From positions 17,980,001 to 18,044,000 of the forward strand of contig NC_092671.1 of the NCBI RefSeq assembly GCF_964355755.1: a DNA stretch of 64,000 bases. Reading direction: 5' to 3'. The notes under the pieces were generated by a model. It saw nothing but the letters and a program-made list of their open reading frames with translations, was not told where the DNA came from and searched no databases. Made by a program: the position numbers and the translations under genes. Positions 52,299 through 64,000 of the stretch are shown piece by piece (position 1 is the first letter of the stretch; the number at the start of each line of letters is the position of its first letter). This DNA comes from Antedon mediterranea (lineage: Eukaryota > Animalia > Echinodermata).

Positions 52299-53411
52299 CC
52301 TGATTGGAACTCAAGCTTCCCGTTCACATCCGTTTTTTCACTTGGAGTAACGCAACCAGTTTGTCCGTTTAAAGTAGACAATCTTTTCCATATTCTTCAT
52401 GTACAAAGGTACATAATGTAAGGCTTCATATTGGCCCATGGTTACTAGTGTTGTTTACCACATAAATGTTTTAAGAATATATATTTGTGGTTTGAATATC
52501 TCTAAAATGTATTATGATAAAACTTTCTCTAATTGAAAAGAAAGACTCTTGTACTGTACACTCACTATACATGCAATTCAGACAATTATACTTGCTTGCA
52601 CTTATGTCGGACATTCCGATTTATGAGACATCACTATATCATGGGATTAGAGTGTGATTCTATTCTAAACGTAAATTGATGAATATTAAGAAGCATAAGG
52701 CTTAAATTCGCCCTACTTTCTCATAGAGTGTGTGAGGACATGGGTAGATCTAACACGGTCGAGTCGTTTAACATGTAATCAGAGTTTCATATATTTTACT
52801 GGTCTAGTTTTTTTCAAAAGTACCGTGTATAAACCAATGTTTGAATAGTATTAGGAATAATTTTTTTCAATTGACTGAATTTCCAGTGTATTTAGAAATA
52901 CACTGGAAACGTGCTATGAAAATAGGCTATTTTGTTTTTCTTTAAATATCAATATCATCACCATCATCACCATCATCATCATTTCCACTGTATATATTAT
53001 CATGAGGTGGTCGTACACATTTCATAAATTGTATTGGTTGCTATAAAATTGTTGTTTAAAAAATGATTACACTTCAGTGAGTGTGTCAAGACTAAAAGTA
53101 TATACATTAAACGCCATTAACCATAACCTTGGTTTATAGTAAAGTCTGTTTGGGTGTTTTTAACCGTTATTTTTACGATGTCATTTAATCGGTTATTGAA
53201 AATTTGTTTCTATTGTCAATAAATTTGAGTTAATGTATTCACACGGTAATAATCGGTTAGTTTTTGAGCACATTGGTTGTCATTAAATAGGTAAGTCCTA
53301 GCAGGAAGAAGTACCATGGCAACTGCCTACTAAGGACACACATCTCACGTCGCCATTGTACTCGTACATTAAGCTGGCTAGAATTGACATTGAAGAAAAT
53401 CACATTAAATG

Positions 53412-53850
53412 GCTGTTAGGTGTTTAAAAAGAAACTCATTTATGTCCGCAAGAAAATGATCTTGTTAGATGTATTACGAACTATCTGTTACGATCTTCAA
53501 ATCTCTGTTAGATTTTTTTTTTTAAACTCACATATGTCCGCAAGTGCGTCTATGGTTTTAAAATAAGAGTTTTGAATAGTGAAAATTATCTTGTTAGATG
53601 CACTACGAACTACCTGTAACGATTTTCAAATCTCTGTTTAGGTGTTTAAAAAAACCTCACGTACCGTATGTCCGCAAGTGCGTCTATGGTTTTAGAATAA
53701 GAGTTTTGAGTAGTGAAAATGATCTTGTCAAATGCACTACGAACTATCTGTTACGATCTTCAAATCTCTGTTTAGGTGTTTAAAAAAAAAAATCAATCTA
53801 TGGTTTTAAAATAAGAGTTTTGAATATTGAAAATTATCTTGTTAGGTGTC
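53412..53850. repeat. Degenerate ~130-bp tandem repeat, 3-4 copies
   Basis: Recurring tatgtccgcaag...tctatggtttt..aataagagttttga...atcttgttagatg...caaatctctgtt blocks. Confidence 0.8.
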
Positions 53851-54097
53851 AAATCTCTTCACTAAATGGAAGAAAATCCTCTTTTAGTGTGATTTTCTGT
53901 TTTTTATATTGTCTGTTATATATCAAATTTTATTCTGAAATAAAGAGATCAATCAATAACCCATAGTCCGTAATTAGCACAAGTAGATTATTTACATTCA
54001 CGAAAACATTCACATTTCGTTATTACCAGGGTATATACATATCATTTTGTAACATCTTTGTACAATTTTATCGTTTGCATACCTGTTTGTATACATG

Positions 54098-54265
54098 AAA
54101 AGGCAAATTACTGAACACATGACAATGCTGATATTGGCTATCAGTGACTGAATCTCAATGGAGGTACAAATAAGCAAAATGCCAAATCAAAACGATAAAA
54201 TAAAACAGCCAGAAGAAATTGTGCAGAGCTTTCCGGCAAAACCAGCCCTTCCTAAATGCAAGTGA
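54098..54265 (-). mobile_element. Old copy of the Penelope pLTR-like repeat
   Basis: aaaggcaaattactgaa...tgacaatgctg...aaatcaaaacgataaa...gcagagctttccggcaaaaccagccctt; hammerhead core degenerate. Confidence 0.65.
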
Positions 54266-55009
54266 TAATATTTGTAGGTAGCTGTTTGTAGGCCATATGT
54301 AAACTATCCTACAGTACTAATATACACAGTGTACAAAAAGATCGTTCCATAAAGATAGCAAGCAGCCAATCAAAATTAATTCTTAAAAGTCGGCTTACCA
54401 GTCTGAACCCAATACATACAAACATTCTCAATAGATTTTGAAATTAATCAATTATTATACAACGTTCAACTAAGATGGTTCATTTGTTTACTTTATTCCC
54501 ATACGTAAACTATCTTGATGATTTCTGTCCTTTGAATATCATTTAACAGATTATTAGTGTATTGTAAAATAATAGATAGTTAATAGAATAATCACTATTC
54601 ACTTGACAGATTATCATTACAAAACAAAGTGTATTTGTAACAAGAATGTAGAGCAATACTTCTACAAAGTTCAACGTCTATAGTTTTATACTTTAACTGT
54701 TTAGTTATTCAGCTTTTAGTTGAACCATGAATCTAAAACTGACAAAAACTTACGTTAGTGATATAATGCAAGGCTTCTAAATATACATTTTAGCACGTTT
54801 CTATACGTGTAAATAGTGTAGCAATGTGTTGCAAAGCCGTCTCCAGATATTTTAAATAGGTATACAAAGGGTAATGTAAGGCCTACAATATCAGTCAATT
54901 GTTAATACTATTTAATACACAACCCAACTCGATCGTTTAAGCGAAAAAAAACCTCATTTTGTTTACAGCTGACTACATAGTTATATGTTATATTTATTAT
55001 ATGTAATAA

Positions 55010-55275
55010 TCAAAGACTTGAACTAAATACACAGTTATTTTTAAGTTTGTTAATTGTTTGTTTAACGAGGGTTTAAGCCAAATGATTTGTAACGTTTCTT
55101 TTAGTTTAAGTTGATAAGGTGTGTGTAGATTCCAGCTTGGTGCATTGTTGACAATCGCGGTGAACTGCAGGAATGATCTTAACATTGTTCAGATAGCTTT
55201 TAATGGCGTTGTCTATAAGATTTTGGGGGTACAAATTTTTCTTTAAAAAATTATAAACATTCCACGTACTGGTAT
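55010..55275 (-). mobile_element. Penelope-like element ORF remnant (RT thumb + GIY-YIG C-terminus)
   Basis: KKNLYPQNLIDNAIKSYLN and QLKLKETLQIIWLKPSLNKQ match typical PLE motifs; intervening region deleted. Confidence 0.65.
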
Positions 55276-56089
55276 TTTTTAGGGAAGGCCAAATAATAAT
55301 CATGTCATTATTTTGTTGAAACTTAATAAACGAAAGGTGCAGCTTTTAAAGGAAACAAATATGCTAAAAGTGAAGACGTAACTTCCTGGAAAAATGAATC
55401 TTGAATATCTTTTAGATAGTTGTAGAAATTATGCTAAATTGTGCTCAAAATAAGTCAAGTTCAAGTTCTGTCAAATTATGTCATAATTGTTAACGTTATG
55501 TAAGATGTTAAAACAGTCAAAATTATGCCAAAAAGCAAAATTTGTGCCATACTGGGTGTATAAATACTATTTTGTGGGTACACGGGAATTTACAACAATG
55601 ATCTAAATTTCGGTATATTTTTTTTTCAATTTATATTGGAAGAACGTGTGTTTTGTAATAATTGTTTTGTAATCATTACAAATACGACGAAACACACGTG
55701 ACTCTGTTTGGTTTTCCTCCAAGGCATATTGCTTCAGCTCATTACTTATTATTATTATGCCTACATCATTTGCAAGTTTATATAGTGGTCTTTAAATATC
55801 TGGGTCCGTTTATATACTGTAGTATTTTGATTGGTTATTAATTGATGGATTATATAGTGAGAATAATGACTTAAAACCTGCCGAACGGTTATTGGCAATT
55901 TAAGAGTGAATTTTAAGAGCAGATCTAATTTGGTAAACAATCTTGGTATGTTAGCTAATTGTTAATTCGATTAGCTGAATCTGTGTCAATAAATTGAACT
56001 CTGTACAAAGGCTAAACATCACAAACAATTGTTATTCAAGTTGTGTTGCTTGTGAAAAGTTGAAAGCCTAGTAACGAGTGTAGGCCTAA

Positions 56090-56230
56090 AGCTCTGTCTA
56101 CATTATCAAACTAGTTTGACAAAAAAGTGTGATATGCCCAAATATGGTAGTGATATGACGTCTATCGTGTTCATATATGGGCACGACACATTTGTTTTGT
56201 CACATAAAGTTTGATAATGTAAATAGAGCT
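56090..56230. mobile_element. PIF/Harbinger-type MITE, copy 3
   Basis: TAA | agctctgtctacattatcaaact...agtttgataatgtaaatagagct | TAA. Confidence 0.75.
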
Positions 56231-59200
56231 TAAGTCAAACGAGTAAACAGAGGATAAATATATTAATCAAAAACATTGATTTTATTTTCACAAATGATGA
56301 AGATAACATCTTGTCGATAATTGTAATGAAATATTATTATGCCTAGTTTATTGCAAACGATCATATTACTATTGTTTAATTTTCTTAGCAAACTTTCAAT
56401 AGAATGAGCTACATGAAATCAGTCGGTAAAAACATGTAATGGAGGGTATGACCTGTACAAGGTACCTCCATGGTTAATGGCTACAACATGACAATACACC
56501 ATAAACGCCAATGCCAGTGCAATTGTAAGTTTGCTTTCATGTGATGGATATTAGTTGTAAACATTCGGTTCATTAGTTTCTTTACAATACTTAATGTATC
56601 CACTCAATTGTTAAGCATTGTGCTAATTTACCCTTGATTTAATTGTACCAAACACTTAATAAACTATATTTATGCATTGCCAGCCAATATCTAAATTTAA
56701 TTGAATTTACGGTTTTGTGACATGACAGGCTCTGAAACCAAATACATTAACATGGTTAGCCCGTATTGCAAATCTTGAACGACGAGCAATTTTATTTATT
56801 GCGTTCTATATTTATTTAGCGCATGAGGCTCCGGATTTACCGGTTATCACATGTTATATAATGGATTTTCATCATAAATTGCTATTCAGGTCGGTTCTCA
56901 AAGAATTTAGCCGTAATGGATTAAATGTATAGAGTTAGGTTTCGGTCAGGCCGAAGTTTGCATCAAATTCTTGTTAAAAAATACGTTTACGTTCACGTAA
57001 CTTTAGTAAAAAATGTAATTACATTTACAAAATATATTATTTAGGATATTACAAAAAAACATATCCACACCCAATATACGAAAAGGTAATCATAGATTGT
57101 AACGTGTTTTTCCTATAGAGAGCTTTCATCCTAACTACTCCGCATGCGCACAGTGAATTAACTTGACGTAAATTTGTCGATCGACGCAAATCTGAAAGCT
57201 CCCTATTCACAACGTTATGCCAGCTACTCAATGCCTACATTTATTACAACAAAGAAGATTTGATTCATTCATTCATATTCTGGTCAGTGTTCATCGTAAT
57301 GACTTTAATTTAGATTAACCGAATGTCGTTTTCAATTCTGCACGTTTAATGTTAATGTCAACTTGAATATATTTATTGTATTAATTCTGTTATTTCACGA
57401 CAATGGTCGTTGGAAAACAAATGCAAAATTATAACTTTTGAATATCATAGCAGAAAAAATCCACCGCTAAATGGTAAATATAAGTAAATTTTACTCTATG
57501 AGTTGGTTAATCCATGAATAAAATCCCTTTCGAGGCCTGAGGTATCCAGTTTTGATTTATAGTGACAAAACAGTACCCACTATTCATTGCAAACTAAATG
57601 AAAATAACTAGTAGTTGTATTTTGCCAGTGAAATGCTTTTCATAAATTTACTACATCCTACATCATGTCGTTTGCAACTTCACCATAAACATTTACATAT
57701 CCTACTATTTATATATTTATTATTAGTGAATCAAGCTATGTGAAAAGTTTACAATTTCAAATCAAATCAGGCTTACGGGTTACGGTATTAGAATTAGGTT
57801 ATTTTCGGTGTTAATTTCTAGCAACCTTTCTGTATTACTGTGCGTTCACATTGTGAGACTTTGCTGTCTGCCCAATTCAGTAAAGCGTCTTTTTACATAA
57901 TTACTAAAAATGCAAAACAAAACAATAGCAAACATAATTTGTTGACAATCTCCTGTTTCCAACGCTGATCATTAAATTCTAGAAAATTACCGTATGTATG
58001 ATGAAGCAAGCAAGCAAGTAAGTACATGTAATCTTGGTTGATTATGTTAAAGGTCAACTCTATATTAGATAACTATATGGGTTTGTCTAAGATATGTGTT
58101 TTCGAATTAGTTATTGTTAATAGACATTTAACAAGAAATAGGCTAGACCAAGTCCCTAGTTCTTGACTTTTTTGTCCATCAGTCGTTGTCTCAAGTATTA
58201 CACGTATGAAACGCCATGTGTGCCAAAATATTATCTTTTTATCAATATCAATACGAAATGCCGTCTAATACTAGACTACCTAGGAGTATTCTTACCAATG
58301 TTAATGTCTAATGTACATTTTAGGAACATTTAGGAGCCAAAATCTTTAGTGAAATATATTTTATATATGTTTTTAAATCATTAAACTGATGATTTGAACC
58401 AACTCTGCGATAGCTGAGCTTATTACCAAAGCTATTCCAATGAAATTTAAAAAGTAATCTACGGTTTTTTATTCACTACCTTATATCGTATGCATTGATA
58501 TAAATAGATTACGAGTTTATTTCTTAAGGCGATTCGATTTTAAACTTGATCTATCTATTCGGAAAGCAGAAATATTTAAAACCTGTACGGTACTAAATTA
58601 CCAGTCATGGCAGCAATAAATCCCATCGCCATAGACAAATGTTGAATGTGGATTCCGAAACATTATTTTACAGTTGATGTATAAGATAGTCATTAGAAAT
58701 CTTGAAGAACTATAAAACGTGTATCAATTTTTATAGCAATGTAAAATAACAATTTAAGTTTGCAGGTTTTTTAATCTAAAAATAAATTGTAATCAATGAT
58801 GAATACTAATCGATACTCTGGAGAGAACATTCTCAATTTTTAGAGATCACCCAGTATAAAGAATAAATAAATACATGGTATATTGTACCGTATGCAGTTA
58901 CTCATACTATAAGTAAAACTCCTAATAAAACGTAGACTATTATGTACAGTATTACAAATTAAACGTATCAAGCTACTAAAATAAATATTCTTACTTATAA
59001 AATATGCTAATGAAATTTTAATTTACGCCTGTTTCATAAGTAAACATGGTATGCCTACTTATTTCACATTAAATGTAAAATGAGAACTGTTGCTTCTATA
59101 ATCAGATATGTATCTGTATTTAAAGTGTACAATCGTCGCCTGCAATAAATGATTTCACCCGCAGAGAGCGAAAGTCGTAAACTTGCCTAGGTCGTCTTAG

Positions 59201-62200
59201 GCCAATGTTTTGTAGTCAAACGTTGAACTTTCGGATCTGACAAGCAATGAAGCGTTACAGTAGATCAAATTAATGTGTATAATATGAATAGCATGCTACG
59301 CAGCAACAATATTGGTTACCGAAATCTACAATTAAGTATCTCTAGAAAATTGTATACAACCTTTCACAAATTTTAAAAGCGTTTTCTAAAATTAAATTTC
59401 TGTTGCCGTACCGAATTAATCCACATTCTCAAATACTTTTACATGGGACATGCATAGGCCCATATACACGATTTTGGGAATTTAGAACAGTAGTAGCTGA
59501 AGTAGCGCAGCGTGCGAATTTAAACTTTTTTGTAGACCCATGTATATTATATTGGCGTATGATAGTGGTACTATAGTATGTTGATGTTATGTGCACAGAA
59601 AAGTAGCTCTTTCATCAATTCATTAATCCTTCTCTAGAATCTCTGTTTAGACGTAGATTTTGTTTATTACAGACGCATCTTCATCTACGTTTGTTTTCTT
59701 GACTACCATATACAAATGATATTCAGATTACAGCAAATAGCAGCAAGAAACAGAACAAACGTCGCAATTTTTCACTAATGTGGTTTGTTGATTATTCTCG
59801 TGTTATCGATTTAAAAATGAAGATACTATTTGATCTATCATAGACCATTCAGAAGAAAGTCAGTAGGCGTCTTTATTTATAATTAACAATGTCAATAAAC
59901 TATATCATCAGCATCAAATTGCCGTTGACGACCTAATCATCAGAAACGTGTCAAGATTTTCGTATACATCAACCCATTCAAATCTATTATTTCTTGTTTA
60001 ATTTTGTGTGTCGAACTTTGAATAAAGAGCTGTTAGTTTTTAAATGTTAAATGTCAACGTTCCGGTTCAATATTGCTATCTGATCAATCTGGATTTAGAT
60101 AGTGAATCCTCTTCTATTTTATTATATAAATTTCGTTTCTACATAAGACTTACATCTCAGAAGAGTTTGGTTCAATTCTCAATAGTACGATGATACTCGC
60201 GCAACTCAAGTAATTTGACCAATCAAAAGACGAATCAATCACCAGAAGCTTCAGTGTAGAAATTTAAGCTCACTCCAAATTAGTGTATCAAAGTGCAAAT
60301 GATCGTGTATGACGCACATCGAAGCAAACATTAATTTCAAGAATGTATAAAAGGTATATTATCTGTTATATCAGGGTACTGACTGTGTTCCACATTCTGA
60401 TTGTTATATTACAACCGTTCAAAGAAAGAACAAAACATAGGGCCACCCCAGATTCGAAGAACATGGCCTCCATTGGATTAACGTCAAAGAATGATGTGGA
60501 TAGGTTATTAGTTTAAATCTTATCCTGCCGGATTATGTCAAATGTTATCTAATAATCAATGTATTATATTTCCGTGAATATAGAAAATTTCTTTATATCA
60601 AAACCTATGATAAAATATGATGGTAAATATCTTCTTGATATTTTTCCTTCTTCAGAAATAATACAAGTTGTAATTAGACAGAATGACCTTAAGCAGGCCA
60701 ATTCTGCCTAATTATTTATAGGCCTATTTAAGATTTATAAAAAATTGATTTGACTATTTAGTTAGTCTTTTATTATTTGATGTGTAGGCCTGATTTATAC
60801 AACCACCTTTACCGAGCTGATTGCTTTTGAAATTATTTTATTTTAAACTCATAATCCAAATCTTTTTTGGCAGTGGTATTCAAGTATAGTTTTAGGACTA
60901 TGTGCGTAACATGTGACCTGAATCTTACTGCTCAATTATGTATAATGTATATTTTTCAAAGTAACTTTGTCGATCGATTTTAACATGACATATCTTTGAC
61001 AAAATACGAATAATAATAACCTCCTCCAGTTTTACAATACTATAAATTGAATAAGTAAATAAAATAATGTTTCTATTTATATCCATTTCAAAGAGGAATT
61101 ACAAATACAGAAAAGAATAAATATGGAGAGTTTATTAATCAACATTAATAAAATGTTGCACAGTTATATGAAATAATACGGACAAAATCAATTGTAATGT
61201 ATTAGTCAACATTATTATAATAACATTGTAATAAAGTATTTATATTACCAATGGAAACAAGACGACGTGTGCAACATAATATTTTTTTTAATTCTGCAAT
61301 TCATTCATTCATGCGCAACCCATCGTTACCCAATTCAAATTCTAGTACAGTAAACGATTTCCAACTATATTTGAATGGATGACATTTTTATGCCTCAATA
61401 TCCGAGATACGTCAAATTAGGATTTCACTACAATTTTAATTAACGAGATGTTAAATATATAAAGGATAATATATACAGAATGTAGAAGGTATTTGTTCGT
61501 AACCGAGCTACTTTGAAATTTTTATCAAAATCAGACTTGGTATATTAATTGTTTTTAATCTTCCCTGGAAAAAATCCAATATCAGATTAATAAACTATTT
61601 CATGAATCGACTTTCATTCAAGTAGGAAATTAAAAGAAGTAATTAAATATTCTGTTTGTCGGATAAATTATTAAATTAACATTTTATGGATTGACGTCTA
61701 AGATTTCAAAGCGTTACCATGAGATGGTACAACGCTTTTTTTTACAATTCTTTCCAATGAATTGACGTCATCACTATGACTCGGTTATTAAATGTTGAAC
61801 ATAATGTATCTTTTAAAAATATACTGCTACCAAGTGTACCATTTCATTAAATAATGATTACATATAATTATGGATATCGTTTATTTGGCTTTAAAATTCA
61901 ACTTTATCGAATATACGAATAGAAAAATCTTTGTTTATACACTCATGCAGATAAAATGTAAAAAAGCACATAAACATAGGGTTCAAACATATACAAGAAA
62001 AAAGTATTAAGAATATTTTATGATTCAGATGTTTTTTTCCCTGAGTAATTATCTAGCAACATATTTGTTAAATTGTGGAACGAATAACTTATAAAATAAT
62101 AAATTAGGCCTATGTAATCCAATACTATTAAATTAATGATTCATTTTTACAGTTTATTTATATTATGTACTCTCGCTCGGCATCCCTTCCCCTCCCCCAC

Positions 62201-63469
62201 CCGCATGTGGCATAAATTCATAAGGTGGGCAAAGGCCGGGTGGAAAAAGTAACAGTCGGGTGGCAACTGGCCGGAAGTGGCAACAAACCGATTAAAAGCG
62301 GATAAAAAAGTTCGGGTGGCTAGGGACCAACGGGCCTAAATCCATTGCATCAAAATCGAATTCTGTTTGTATAAAAACTCAATATGATTATTTATAACAA
62401 AGTTTATAGGTGAAGAGAAAGTTTATCACGTTACGATATTTTTGGCCTATAAGTCATTTCTATAGGCCTACTGTATGGTTAAAATAAAATAGGCAGAATT
62501 TTTAATTCTTACAGCTGCAGTAAATCAAACAAGTGAAAGTTTGACGTTTTAGTATGCTGCTTACGCACTAATGCGTGTAAGCAAACTTAAGGAAATATTA
62601 TTACGTGTATGGCAATATAAATGCAATTTCAAATATTTCAACCTATACCTGACATACATGTACGAATCTGATTTATATATTATTTAACATTTAAAATTAA
62701 AACTGAACTTTATGCTAGTGTAATTTATATCACAAATTAAGCAGCTGAAGAGGTATAGCACTGTAATAATAAAAATGCTTTAAACAATTTTAATACGAAT
62801 ACAGACACTTTTATACAAAATCTGTAACGTCAGCGCTATCATAATCAGCACTATCATGACCTTCATTACAATAATGTGTTTGTTTTTATTGTGAATATAC
62901 TGTAGATAATAATAGTATTGTTTCATTATCGTTGTTTTTGTGTATGCGTCGAGGTTGCGACACCCGAAGTAAAAATCAGACGAAATCTCAGATTTAACAT
63001 TTTATATCTATTTCAGTATCACAATTAAATTATACAAAAAAATTATACTGATGGTATACTTAAAGAAGAAAGGCTTTATAAATACACAATAGACAACATT
63101 TTGGGGAAAATAAAAATAAACAATTTCAAATGATGTCTCCGAAAATAATAATAAAACATCGCCACGTTGTAATTATTTCTGGGGATTTTGATGAAGCAGC
63201 ATTCAAGTAGGCTAAGTCTAAGATAGTAAAGTGACAGGAAAAACAAGAGTTTTATTCCAGCATAATAAAAACTGCAAATTATGTTCTAGCCAGATCATTA
63301 GGGCCTATGCCATGCTCTAATACAACTATATAGGTTTACAGGAGGAGCGTCATCATAAGTCCTGTTAGAAAGTAAGGAACGCAGTGGCAGATTCAGCGTG
63401 TAGGAGAGGGGGCATAACAATGTCACTTACGATAATTAATTAACTAATAATAATATAAATTCAACTTTC

Positions 63470-64000
63470 AAATTCACAAAGGAGAGGTATAATTTAATTA
63501 CTTTTCAAAAGTGGACAAAGAGAGAAGTTAGAAAACTGGCGACCTATCACACTCATTCATGTAGATTATAAGATATTAGCTCATGTTCTATCAATCAGAT
63601 TACAAAAAGTAATATCAACTATTATACATTCTGATAAAAAAGGTTACATTACTGGAAGATTTGGTGGTGAAAACATAAGACTTGTAGAAGATATACTTTA
63701 TTTTACCAATATCAAAAACAAACACGGCGCCTTAATTTTCCTCGATTTTGCAAAAGCGTTTGATTCGGTAAACAGAAATTTAATGTTAAAAACGCTAACA
63801 AAATTTGGATTTAGTCCTTCTTTTATTAAATGGATTAAAGTAATATATACTGATACAGAAAGTATAATGGTAAATAATGGTTGGATGTCGGAAAGCATTA
63901 ATATGGAATGTGGAATAAGACAAGGGTGTCTTTTATCGGCCTTGTTATTTATATTGGTAGTTGAATTGATGGCCTGTAACATACGGAACAATCCCCTATG
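63470..64000 (+). mobile_element. L1/Tx1-clade LINE RT fragment running off the window
   Basis: Plus-strand frame ENWRPITLIHVDYKILA...ENIRLV...LIFLDFAKAFDSV...GIRQGCLLSALLFIL; one in-frame TAA near 63495; missed by the ORF track. Confidence 0.85.

Noticed and set aside
63698-63991. 97-aa minus-strand ORF
   Set aside because: Antisense to the plus-strand L1/Tx1 RT frame.

Overview
AT-rich eukaryotic (metazoan, probably marine invertebrate) genomic DNA; no prokaryotic operons or CRISPR arrays. One host gene is clear: a minus-strand Syt3/6/9/10-group synaptotagmin with four spliceable coding exons (12003-11114, 5945-5825, 1917-1746, 994-787). Its first coding exon is not securely located. The rest is intronic or intergenic DNA full of mobile elements: a decayed RTE-type LINE bracketed by matching 3x30-bp repeat cassettes, L2/CR1, L1/Tx1 and Penelope remnants, a family of hammerhead-bearing short repeats, a SINE, a duplicated tRNA-like gene, MITEs, a Helentron-type element and several minisatellites. 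The most striking object is a very young, pol-less BEL/Pao LTR retrotransposon (39764-43804; 503-bp LTRs differing at one base by eye; 5-bp TSD GGTCT). Its single intact 974-aa ORF fuses Gag in frame to a ~380-aa coiled coil containing an AKAP9/pericentrin-like motif, which suggests host-gene capture by a mobile LTR element. All family assignments come from motif recognition by eye; no searches were run.
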